DNA of 64,000 nt from a virus (taxonomy: Duplodnaviria > Caudoviricetes): positions 2,816 through 66,815 of IMG/VR virus record IMGVR_UViG_3300045285_000136; one strand, given 5' to 3'. Below are positions 10,750-19,523 of the stretch, piece after piece. The notes below the pieces were generated by a model. That model made no database searches. It saw only the letters and a list, made by a program, of their open reading frames with translations, and was not told where the DNA came from. A program made the position numbers and the translations under genes. Every line of letters begins with the position of its first letter. The first letter of the stretch is position 1.

Positions 10750-11085
10750 CTATTCCAGGTCCGTATCAGTCATCGAGTAGTCCTTGGACGTGCCCGGCTG
10801 CCCCATGCGTCCCGGCCCCAGGCCCCCGCGTATGCGCTTCATACCGCCCATGCCGCCCCGGATCTGCTTCAGCGCACTCGCCTGAGGACCACCTTTGCCG
10901 TAGTGCCCCTGCGAGCGCGCCAGGGTGTCCCCTGGGGTGAGCGTGCTGAGTTGCCCCGAATGCGGTCCCGGCAGGTGTACGCTCTGGCTGTTCTTGGCGC
11001 CGGGGAGGGTTGGCACAGAACCTCCCAACCCTCCCCCCAGCGTGGGCAGCGAACCTATTTTGCCGAGGTCTACCGGGCCCGCCAC
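10750..11085 (-). CDS. Gly-rich hypothetical protein
   Basis: Abuts neighbours, operon-coupled. Confidence 0.55.
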   Translation of the reverse strand: MAGPVDLGKIGSLPTLGGGLGGSVPTLPGAKNSQSVHLPGPHSGQLSTLTPGDTLARSQGHYGKGGPQASALKQIRGGMGGMKRIRGGLGPGRMGQPGTSKDYSMTDTDLE

Positions 11086-11088
11086 AGG

Positions 11089-11289
11089 TCAGACGCCGCA
11101 GATCCCGTACGTGCTGGCCTTCATCTTCTGCGGGTTCCAGTTGGTGTTATGCGCCGACCCCTTGCCCTTGGGGTAGGTGCGCGCCGACCCCGTGGGACCC
11201 GAGGATCCGGAATTGGACGCACCGCCGCTCATCTTGAAGTTGGATCCCGAGGAGCTGCTCTCGACCTTGGAGTAACTGTCACTGGCCAT
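11089..11289 (-). CDS. Small Ser/Gly-rich protein
   Basis: TAATG overlap with portal stop. Confidence 0.55.
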   Translation of the reverse strand: MASDSYSKVESSSSGSNFKMSGGASNSGSSGPTGSARTYPKGKGSAHNTNWNPQKMKASTYGICGV

Positions 11290-13484
11290 TATCCGGGTAT
11301 CCCCTGTGCAAAGCTGTTGGGAGGCGGCCCCGGCGCACCAGGACCCGACGGAGGTTTAACCCCCGGCGCCGTGGGCGCGCCAGCGGGTTTAGCGCCCTGT
11401 CCCTGAGCCTGCTCAGGTCCGGGCGGCGGATGACCGGTAGCGGCACCCGGTTGCGGCGGCTGACCCTGCGCCTGACCGTGAGCCGCGACCGCCTGTCCGG
11501 CGGCCATCATCTGCTTCTGGGCGTCCAACTGGGATTGTAGCGTCTGGTCGTCCGGTACGATGTCGTCAGGCAGGCCCAGATCGCTCGAAATCGCGCGCAG
11601 CACGCGCGCCCTGCCGATCTCGCCGACGATCTGCATGTCGATCGGGTTGGCGGTGATCTGCAGGAACTGTAATTGCTTCTGGCGCTCGCTCTCGCGCTGC
11701 ATCGCGACCGTCGTGCCTCTTACGCGTACCTGCTCCTCGCCTATGAGTATCCCCGACGTGTCGGTGAGCATGATCATGTCGTAGAGGTATGAAAGTAAGG
11801 GGTCCATCACGTCCTCGTCGACGTTGGACGCCACCGTCTGTAAGACCTTCTGGGCGTTAGACATGAGCATCGCGAGACCGGAGGAGGTTCGCCCCGCACC
11901 ACCCGAGAGCGATTCGCCCGTAAGATATCTGGGAATAGCGGATAACTCGTCCGCCATCGTATTCACGGCGTTCAGGATTTGAAGCAACTCTCCCACATTG
12001 GAGTTAGGCTGGAAGAAACTGATGGGCTCTCGCTGGTTACCCAGAGGATCTCCCTGCACGTGCCAGCGCTTCCACGGATACAGCTCATCACCTGACTCGG
12101 TGGGGGACACCATCTCGTCGTTAATGACCACCTGAGGTCCGGACGAGATAGAAGCGTTGTTGACCAAAGATCTGAACGTCGCGTTCTGAACCTCCTGTAT
12201 GTCTTCGAGGATATCAGTGAGTGAATGCCCTGCGACGGTGCCGGGGATCTTCTCGAACGACGTGAGAAAATAAGGCACGCGCTGGCGCGGGCTGGGATTG
12301 ATCTGGGTTTTAATCGTATGCCGCCCGACCACCCAGGACTGGACCATATAATCCCGGTCCGGATCGGGTATAAAGGTTTTAGCTACGCCCTGGTCGAGGA
12401 GAAGCGCGCCTTGCACGTTCCCGTTGAATTCCAGGCCGTCGATGAACTGCGAGCGATTGAGGTTCGGATCCTCACGGCCCTCATTGATGGCCTGTTCCGG
12501 GTCCGGCGCATCGAGCCACTCGCGCAGACCGTTCGCATAGTCCTCGAGGCACAGACGGACTTTGTCCTCGTTGTAGCCGGGGAGCCCGATCAGGTCGTTC
12601 AGATCCGCCCGGGTGTAACGCTTACGCTCCAGCGTGCTCGCTTCAGTGATGGCTGAAGCACCGGGCGACCAGTAGAAATCAAACGGGTTCACCCGCTCCC
12701 AGAACATCTGCGGGGTGTTCTGTAAAAGGGGTTTCCCCTGTGTCCAGGTGAGCTTGGGCACCATGCGCACCACAGGGCCCTTGAGTATGGCGAAGGGGAA
12801 CATGGTCAGGTCCAGCAGGAATTCCCCCAGCGCCTGATAGAACCGCCCAGCCACGAGGATATCCTCGACCTTGTCGGACGCCGAATTCGCCTGGGTCTCG
12901 GCGTTGCGTCGGGCAGCAGCCTGTGCCGCGTGGAGAAGTGAGATATAGCGCATGTGCGCCTGATCAGGATCCACCGGCTGACCCGCCATCTGCTGGTTCT
13001 GCACCTCGGTGGAGATCAGCTGGATGATGTTGGTGCGCACCTCCGGCGGTATCGGCGGATCAGGCTGCGGCTCGATCGCCCATGGGCGCTGAGGTCCCAG
13101 GTAAATGTCCCGCAAGAGCGACGTCGCACCACGGCACTTGCCCGCCGTGAGGCGAGAATACACCTCCGAGCCGCCGAACATCTGGATCTGGGAGAGTTTC
13201 TCAGGATCGTATTTGCCCTCGAACGTGCGCTGCGCACGCAGCAGGCGCTGATTTATCGGGTTGGCGCCTACGTTGCGGTGATCGCGAAAGATCATCCACT
13301 GCTGGCGAATCCAAGACCCCAGATCCGGCGGGTCGTTGGATAGCGAAGCGGCGTTACGGCGCGCGTAGTCCGCGCGATCCTGGTCGTCGCGCTGGCTCGG
13401 GGATATCACCCGCAGGAACCCAGCCGCAGCGCGCGAGCTGGCGGGTGGGGTAGAGACCGATAATCCTGCCTGCGCAATAGGCAT
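11289..13484 (-). CDS. Portal protein (start 13484 or 13490)
   Basis: About 730 aa; VNPFDFYWSPGAS, LTDILEDIQ...RSLVNN, GRTSSGLAMLM motifs typical of podovirus portals. Confidence 0.88.
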   Translation of the reverse strand: MPIAQAGLSVSTPPASSRAAAGFLRVISPSQRDDQDRADYARRNAASLSNDPPDLGSWIRQQWMIFRDHRNVGANPINQRLLRAQRTFEGKYDPEKLSQIQMFGGSEVYSRLTAGKCRGATSLLRDIYLGPQRPWAIEPQPDPPIPPEVRTNIIQLISTEVQNQQMAGQPVDPDQAHMRYISLLHAAQAAARRNAETQANSASDKVEDILVAGRFYQALGEFLLDLTMFPFAILKGPVVRMVPKLTWTQGKPLLQNTPQMFWERVNPFDFYWSPGASAITEASTLERKRYTRADLNDLIGLPGYNEDKVRLCLEDYANGLREWLDAPDPEQAINEGREDPNLNRSQFIDGLEFNGNVQGALLLDQGVAKTFIPDPDRDYMVQSWVVGRHTIKTQINPSPRQRVPYFLTSFEKIPGTVAGHSLTDILEDIQEVQNATFRSLVNNASISSGPQVVINDEMVSPTESGDELYPWKRWHVQGDPLGNQREPISFFQPNSNVGELLQILNAVNTMADELSAIPRYLTGESLSGGAGRTSSGLAMLMSNAQKVLQTVASNVDEDVMDPLLSYLYDMIMLTDTSGILIGEEQVRVRGTTVAMQRESERQKQLQFLQITANPIDMQIVGEIGRARVLRAISSDLGLPDDIVPDDQTLQSQLDAQKQMMAAGQAVAAHGQAQGQPPQPGAATGHPPPGPEQAQGQGAKPAGAPTAPGVKPPSGPGAPGPPPNSFAQGIPG

Positions 13485-13531
13485 AATCATAGATTTAGCT
13501 CATGGTGTGAGCCGACGCAACAACTGCGTGT

Positions 13532-14140
13532 ATGGGTGTGAGTATGGACGAGGAAATCATCGACGACCTGCTGGACGGGGTGACAGTGGTCGGCGGCGAC
13601 CCCGAGATGGACAAGAGCACGCTCTATGCGTTCTGCATCGACATGGCGCAGCGGATCCATGGGTACGACACGATTGCCCGTCGGTATGGGTTCGTTGACG
13701 AGAATATGCTGGTGGAGTTCCTGCGCACCCACGCGCCCGTGGTGAAGCGGGTGAAGGAGCTGCGGGCAGTCTGGGAATCCGACGAGTCGGTGGAATTGAG
13801 ACTAAGGAAGCTCGCCGGGCATAGTTTGCTGGAGGCGTTGCCGGACACCGCGTCGATAATGTTCGACCGGCAGGTTACTCCCGGAGTAAGGCTCGAGGCG
13901 CTCAGGGCGCACGCCCGCATCGCCGGGGTGGACTCGCCACCCACGCAATCCAGTTCCAACAACGCCACCGGCGGTCCGGGCGCCAGATTCTCCGTGCAGA
14001 TCGTGTTCAACAACGCCGGCAAGGTCGAGACGATCACCGCTTCGGAACGCCACGTTAAGGAAATCGAGGCTGAGACGGAGATGACCCGCGAGATGGATGC
14101 AGAGGAGAGCTTCGATACGATCATGGATGACGCGCCATGA
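13532..14140 (+). CDS. terS: Putative terminase small subunit (alternative start 13544)
   Basis: Directly upstream of and overlapping terL; helical with FSVQIVF C-terminal strand. Confidence 0.55.
   Translation: MGVSMDEEIIDDLLDGVTVVGGDPEMDKSTLYAFCIDMAQRIHGYDTIARRYGFVDENMLVEFLRTHAPVVKRVKELRAVWESDESVELRLRKLAGHSLLEALPDTASIMFDRQVTPGVRLEALRAHARIAGVDSPPTQSSSNNATGGPGARFSVQIVFNNAGKVETITASERHVKEIEAETEMTREMDAEESFDTIMDDAP
13875..13889. promoter_or_regulatory. Perfect palindrome TTACTCC-C-GGAGTAA inside terS
   Basis: Exact match to consensus. Confidence 0.65.
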
Positions 14141-15537
14141 GCATCCAGTACATACCCCCGCCCACGATAGAACGGTTTATGTTGGATAACTCCTTAGTGC
14201 GGTTCCTTCTGGGTCCTATCGGCAGCGGGAAGTCGATGGGATGCATCATGGAGATACTCAGACGCGCGCGCCAGCAGGCACCCAACGCCGACGGAGTACG
14301 TCAGACCAAATGGGTCGCGGTGCGCAACACGATGTCGCAACTAAGATTAACGGTGCTGGCGGATATACAACAGTATCTACAGCCCATGATCTCGTATTTT
14401 GTTACAGACTCAACTATTCGTATCAGGGCCGGCCTCGAGGATGGATCGAGGATCGAGTGCGATGTGATTTTAATTCCGTTGGATACGAAAGCGGATGTGC
14501 AGAGGTTATTATCCATGCAGCTGACGGGCGCGTGGATCAACGAGGTGCGCGAGGTACCCATCGACGTGGTGAGCGCGCTGATCGGACGTCTGGGCAGATA
14601 CCCGTCGAAGATCTCCGGGGGACCGACATGGTTCGGGTTGATCGCCGACTCCAACCCCTGGGACATAGACAGTCCCTACCATGAGCGTGTGCTTATATCT
14701 CCGGAGGCCAACTGGAAGCTATTCCACCAACCCTCAGGAATAGGACCCTACGCCGAGAACCTGGAAAACCTGCCACCTGGATACTACGAGAACTTACTCT
14801 CGGAACGTGACGAGGGCTGGTCCGAAGTCCACATACGTTCAGAATTCGGTTCGTCGAACGCGGGGCAGGCGGTATTCAGGAGGAGCTTCGACGCGAACAC
14901 GCACGCACGCGACATGCAGACGGTGGTCAACCCGCAACGTCCCATATGCATCGGCATGGATTTCGGGCGCACGCCCTGCGCCCTTATCGGTCAGGTGGAC
15001 GTGTATGGACGTTTGTTGATATTCGAGGAAATAGTTACAGAAGATATCGGTTTGCACCAGATGATCGGCGAGAGATTAAAGCCCAGGTTGTTGAGCGATC
15101 CCTATGTGGGCAAGCGCAACTTCATCGTCGCCGACCCCGCCGGTAACCAGAAGTCCCAGCTGACCGAGGAGAACGCGTTCGACGTGTTGAAGAGCACGGG
15201 GTTTATCGCCTACCCCGCACCCACCAACGATATCGGCCCAAGGTTACTGTCGGTGGAAAAGATGCTGCGACAGACGATATCGGGCGAGCCCGCGTTACAG
15301 ATCTCGCGGATGGGCGCACCCACGTTGGTGAGAGCGCTGGCGTCGGGGTACAAATACCGCCGCAGGCGTGATGGCGGGTTGGACGACAAGCCCGACAAGA
15401 CCCACCCTTACTCGGACATATGTGACTGCTTACAGTATCTGTGTCTGGCGGTCAGCGCCGACATGAGCACACGGGTGATCCGGCGTTTTCAGCCCAAGCC
15501 GGTGGTTAAGAAATTCTCGTCTATGGCCTGGACATGA
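14137..15537 (+). CDS. terL: Terminase large subunit
   Basis: Walker A GPIGSGKS, Walker B AWINE, nuclease GMDFG...ADPAG...HPYSDICD. Confidence 0.95.
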   Translation: MSIQYIPPPTIERFMLDNSLVRFLLGPIGSGKSMGCIMEILRRARQQAPNADGVRQTKWVAVRNTMSQLRLTVLADIQQYLQPMISYFVTDSTIRIRAGLEDGSRIECDVILIPLDTKADVQRLLSMQLTGAWINEVREVPIDVVSALIGRLGRYPSKISGGPTWFGLIADSNPWDIDSPYHERVLISPEANWKLFHQPSGIGPYAENLENLPPGYYENLLSERDEGWSEVHIRSEFGSSNAGQAVFRRSFDANTHARDMQTVVNPQRPICIGMDFGRTPCALIGQVDVYGRLLIFEEIVTEDIGLHQMIGERLKPRLLSDPYVGKRNFIVADPAGNQKSQLTEENAFDVLKSTGFIAYPAPTNDIGPRLLSVEKMLRQTISGEPALQISRMGAPTLVRALASGYKYRRRRDGGLDDKPDKTHPYSDICDCLQYLCLAVSADMSTRVIRRFQPKPVVKKFSSMAWT

Positions 15538-15558
15538 GGATGGGCGTATAGGAGGGCT

Positions 15559-15810
15559 ATGATTAAAACGAAATCATATATGCGCGCCTCGGCGCGGCGC
15601 TACAACCGACTGGCCACGTTGATGTACCAGGCGCGCATGGCGCGCAACGTTACACAGACCACGGTGGCCGGCGAGCTGGGCGCGGCACAGACCCAGGTCT
15701 CGCGCGTCGAGCGCGGCAAGGACGTGCCCGACGTCGTCGAGTTCCTGGAGTGGTGCCGCGTGCTCGAACTGGATCCCGTGGCAGTGATCAAACAGGTGCT
15801 GGAAGTCTGA
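15559..15810 (+). CDS. XRE-family helix-turn-helix regulator
   Basis: ARMARNVTQTTVAGELGAAQTQVSRVERG. Confidence 0.9.
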   Translation: MIKTKSYMRASARRYNRLATLMYQARMARNVTQTTVAGELGAAQTQVSRVERGKDVPDVVEFLEWCRVLELDPVAVIKQVLEV

Positions 15811-17547
15811 TCACACGCGCTCCGTCGCGGTCATGCTCCACTTGCGGTCGATGTAGTTGTTGCTTGTGCTGTTGGTCTTGATCTGATCGGTCAACCAGAT
15901 GCAACAGTCAGCCGCACCCTCGATACCTTGCAGTGCTGCCAGCGCAAGCGCGCTCATCGTGTAGGAGGCATAGGTCAGGCTGGCACCGGGCGGGATCACG
16001 TCGGGATCGTCGAAGTTGGTAAACTCCGGCGGTTGGAGCTGCACGTTGAGGTCCCACACGGCTGGCCAATCTTTGGCATACGGAGATTTGTCAGTCTCGC
16101 GCAGCACCATGGTGTAGGGCGTGGTTTTGGCGCGCGCCCAGCCTGATGTGCCGTTCGTCCTCGCAACTGTGTTGGCGAGTTTCCACTCGAGTATCGGCCG
16201 CCAGTCCGGGTAGCCCATCTGCACGACGTGGCCGAGCACGACGGCTTCGTAGTCTTCCATCCATGTGGAATTGTAGGTGCCTGCCGGTAGCGTGGTCGTG
16301 GCCGGCGAGCCCTGGGCATCCACCATGAAGTGGAAATCCTTGTAGGGCACTTCGGTGAAGGGTGAAGCGGTGGGGTTGACGTAGCGGGAGAGCATCCACT
16401 CGCGCTCCTGGTCCAGCCATGTCTGCCAATACGCGCGCGGCTTGAGCCAGACGGGGACGACTTCGGGCGTAACACGCGCGCATTCCGCGAGGACGCGCAG
16501 CGCCCACGCATGGGCGCGAAGGGCGAAGCCGATGCAGAAGTTGGCGCGCTGTGATGGAACCGCGCAGATCACGTTGAATGTCGCGGCGAACTGGAGTTCT
16601 TCGAGGTAGTACGGATCGCCGGTGAGGAGGAATGGCACGTAGGCCAGCGGCGGTTCGTGCGCGGTGTCGGGTGTGACCGGCGAACCGATGGTGGGTATGG
16701 TCGCGGGGTAATACACGGTGGCATTGGTATGGGCCGTAAAATCGTAGAGCGCGCCCGGATTACCCCCGTTGTTTTCGTCGCGGTAATGCCAAGGGAGTGT
16801 GCCGCTTGCTTCCGCCTGCGCGAGCAGTGACTCGGGGCCTGCGACGCCGGACAGGTATTCCGCCTGGGCCTCGGTGACGAGGCCGATTTCGTCGCGCTCG
16901 CCAGTGGTAGGTCCATAAGCGGTTAGTCCCGCGAGACCCATGGGTGTATATACTCTTGTCGGTGCATAGGGACGATTGAGCGCGAGCGCCGGATCGAACC
17001 GGGGTATCAGGCCGTCGGCCTGAAGCTGGGCGATCGAGGTGGTTATGGGACGCGGGGTGGGGTTCCACCGCCAACGGGAATACCAATAGTGTTCGGGTAT
17101 AGTGAGTGTATCGACGAGCACCGGACCGCGATATATGTTCACGGTATAATTGGTCGTATTATACGCGGTAGCGGTTGTAGTTGTATCCCCCAGTTCAAAT
17201 ACGATTTCTTCGCGGTTGGTAGTTTCGTCGCGCCTGAATTGCACAGCGAATGCCAGCAATTCCGGATGCGTGACGCGGGTGTTCTTCTGCACGAACCGGT
17301 ACTGCGGATCGGCGTAAACGCCGATATCCTCGCCCTGCTCCTCGAAGAAATCATAGGCACCACCCGCGTAGCCGATCTCGACGGACAGCAGCTCGGTATC
17401 GGGGTTGGGATTGGGCGGCGGGGTTGGCGTGGGGGTGGGGGGTGCGCCCTCGATCGGGACGACGACGGTGACGTCGATGGGCGTGCTGGTGGTGATTACA
17501 CCGGTGACCGTAATGGTCAGCTGGTTGGTGATGGGGTTTGTCGGCAT
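15811..17547 (-). CDS. YetA/PcRGLX-like (alpha/alpha)-toroid protein, putative polysaccharide lyase
   Basis: GERDEIG, DTAHEPPLAYVPFLLTGDPYYLEELQF and RAHAWALR motifs; N-terminal Pro/Thr linker. Confidence 0.5.
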   Translation of the reverse strand: MPTNPITNQLTITVTGVITTSTPIDVTVVVPIEGAPPTPTPTPPPNPNPDTELLSVEIGYAGGAYDFFEEQGEDIGVYADPQYRFVQKNTRVTHPELLAFAVQFRRDETTNREEIVFELGDTTTTATAYNTTNYTVNIYRGPVLVDTLTIPEHYWYSRWRWNPTPRPITTSIAQLQADGLIPRFDPALALNRPYAPTRVYTPMGLAGLTAYGPTTGERDEIGLVTEAQAEYLSGVAGPESLLAQAEASGTLPWHYRDENNGGNPGALYDFTAHTNATVYYPATIPTIGSPVTPDTAHEPPLAYVPFLLTGDPYYLEELQFAATFNVICAVPSQRANFCIGFALRAHAWALRVLAECARVTPEVVPVWLKPRAYWQTWLDQEREWMLSRYVNPTASPFTEVPYKDFHFMVDAQGSPATTTLPAGTYNSTWMEDYEAVVLGHVVQMGYPDWRPILEWKLANTVARTNGTSGWARAKTTPYTMVLRETDKSPYAKDWPAVWDLNVQLQPPEFTNFDDPDVIPPGASLTYASYTMSALALAALQGIEGAADCCIWLTDQIKTNSTSNNYIDRKWSMTATERV

Positions 17548-17603
17548 AATTTACACCTGTGCAGGAGCGAGACGGATCGGCGGCGGGCAAGGGCTTGGGG
17601 GGA

Positions 17604-17633
17604 TTGAGTTTACCCCAATGGCTCGATTATTGC
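17604..17633 (+). promoter_or_regulatory. Possible sigma70 promoter for PEP-CTERM gene
   Basis: TTGAGT-N18-TATTGC; same -10 hexamer as 22671. Confidence 0.3.
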
Positions 17634-17671
17634 GAGCCGGCGTGAACGCCGGACATGCTTGGAGATCACAC

Positions 17672-18310
17672 ATGCGTAGCACACTGGTTTATGGATTGGT
17701 TGCGGGATTGCTGGCAAGCACGCCCGCCGGCGCGACGCTGATCGCGTCGTTTTCGCAGAACCCGTCGGCGACGCCGACGGTCAACGCCACCGATAACGGC
17801 ACCACCACCACGATCACGGTCGACAGCGCGTCGACCACCGTCTCGGCGGGCGCCATCGTGAACCCGGCGGCGTTCTTCAGCCTGACCGCCACCTCGGTGG
17901 ACCCGGTAACGCAGATCCCACCGCTGATCATCCAGCACTATTCGGGGAATTTCTGCTTCTCGTCGCTGGCGGGCTGCGGCGGGACCAACCTGCTGTCGGG
18001 GGTGTTCACCGACGCCGCGTTCGGTCAAGGAGGAGGGCCCGGGTTGACCGTCAACGTGAACAACCCGCCGGATACCCTGACGCTCACCTCGAGCGTGCTG
18101 CCGTCGTCGGCGCTCGGCCCGCCGTCGACGTTCAACCTGACGTTCGCCGATCTGCTGCCCTTGCTGCACGTGGACGGCGCGACGATCGCGGCGTTCGCTG
18201 CCGATTTCTCGGGGACCATTTCGTCGTCGGTGCCTGAGCCGATCTCGCTGGCGGTGCTGGGGACCGGGTTGCTTGGCCTGGGGCTGGTGCGGCGCACGCG
18301 CCGGGAGTAA
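17672..18310 (+). CDS. PEP-CTERM sorting-domain surface protein (212 aa)
   Basis: GGAG RBS; signal peptide MRSTLVYGLVAGLLASTPAGA; C-terminal VPEPISLAVLGTGLLGLGLVRRTRRE. Confidence 0.9.
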   Translation: MRSTLVYGLVAGLLASTPAGATLIASFSQNPSATPTVNATDNGTTTTITVDSASTTVSAGAIVNPAAFFSLTATSVDPVTQIPPLIIQHYSGNFCFSSLAGCGGTNLLSGVFTDAAFGQGGGPGLTVNVNNPPDTLTLTSSVLPSSALGPPSTFNLTFADLLPLLHVDGATIAAFAADFSGTISSSVPEPISLAVLGTGLLGLGLVRRTRRE

Positions 18311-18362
18311 AGCTTGCGGCGAGGCCCGCTATTCGTAGCGGACGTTCAACCGAACCGAACCT

Positions 18363-18398
18363 AACCCGCCCGGGGGTCTGAGCCCGGGCGGGTTTTTT
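18363..18398 (+). terminator. Rho-independent terminator
   Basis: 12-bp stem AACCCGCCCGGG/CCCGGGCGGGTT ending in T6; between convergent genes. Confidence 0.85.
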
Positions 18399-18562
18399 CA
18401 TATTCGGCCCAATAGGAGGAGCAGGACGATTATCACGACGGCGACCGCCAGGATCCCGCCGCCGCCGTACAGGTAGGGCCCGTGGTAGCCGCGTCCGTAA
18501 CCGTAATACCCCCCGCCGCCCAGCAGCAGGAGGATCACCAGGACGATCAGGACGAGGTACAA
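18398..18562 (-). CDS. DUF3309-like small two-TM membrane protein (54 aa; not in ORF track)
   Basis: GGAGG RBS, TTG start; MYLVLIVLVILLLLGGGGYYGYGRGYHGPYLYGGGGILAVAVVIIVLLLLLGRI. Confidence 0.7.
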   Translation of the reverse strand: MYLVLIVLVILLLLGGGGYYGYGRGYHGPYLYGGGGILAVAVVIIVLLLLLGRI

Positions 18563-18650
18563 ATCACCCTCCCGCTACCCAGGGCGCCGCCGACCCCCGG
18601 ACGCCGTCCAGCGCGCTCCCAGGGGCCTCTACGGGGGTTACAACCCTGGG

Positions 18651-19523
18651 TCAGGTAACCACAACCGAATTCGAGGGCGGTGCTACCGTCGAGCCGGATG
18701 CGTTGGTGGCCGTGACCACGCAGGAGGCGCTCACGCCGATGTCGGCGGGCTGGACCTCGTAGGTCGCAGCAGTGCCGGCGACGCCGGTCCACGCGTAGCT
18801 GTAGGACGTGGGCTCGCCGGTCCAGTTACCCATGGTGCAGCTGAGCGTGGTGCCGGCCTGTTCGACGTGCGGGACGTCGACGACAGTGGGTGCGCCCGGC
18901 GCACCCTCGCCCCCCGATCCCTCGCCCTCCTCGCCCGTGCCGACTACATCCTCCGGGAGTGCGGGAAGCACATCGTCGGCGCGCATGTGGGCGCCGATGT
19001 AGAGGATGCTGGTCAGCACGCTGTTGAGGGCGGCGAGGTCGCCGGCCGTAAGGGTCGGGGTAATAGCGGCGAGCGCGTGTTCGTAGTCGGCGGCGGCGGT
19101 CTCGAGGGTACCCAGGTCGCCCCCCGACGCCAGCGTCTCCTGGGCGACCTCGAGGGCAGCGAGCACGTCCGGCGCGCCCGGATCGTCGGAGGCCTCCAGC
19201 GCGCCTCTGAGGGCGGGCACGGTGGTGTTCAGCGCGCGCCATGCATGCGCCTGCTCGTCCTGCAGCCCCAGCAGACGATCTTCGGTCGGGGTGGACGAGG
19301 CGCCGACCGTCGGCTGGTGGGAGGTATTCGGGTTCAGCAGCGGGGGTTGGGCTTCGTCGCCGACGTTGCGCGCGCCACCGCGTATGCCGCGCGGGTCGTG
19401 CATCTGACGGATGCGCGGATCCACTTTGTCGTGCATGTCGCTCACACGCCGATCTCCTCGAGCGTGTTCCCGTGCAGGGGCGTCGCTGCGTTCGAACGGT
19501 CGGTCGGCCTGGGCGATCGGCAT
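18651..19523 (-). CDS. Protein with helical N-domain and C-terminal Ig-like domain
   Basis: GGAGG RBS before ATG 19523; TLSCTMGNWTGEPTSYSYAW...ADIG...CVVTATN. Confidence 0.65.
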   Translation of the reverse strand: MPIAQADRPFERSDAPAREHARGDRRVSDMHDKVDPRIRQMHDPRGIRGGARNVGDEAQPPLLNPNTSHQPTVGASSTPTEDRLLGLQDEQAHAWRALNTTVPALRGALEASDDPGAPDVLAALEVAQETLASGGDLGTLETAAADYEHALAAITPTLTAGDLAALNSVLTSILYIGAHMRADDVLPALPEDVVGTGEEGEGSGGEGAPGAPTVVDVPHVEQAGTTLSCTMGNWTGEPTSYSYAWTGVAGTAATYEVQPADIGVSASCVVTATNASGSTVAPPSNSVVVT

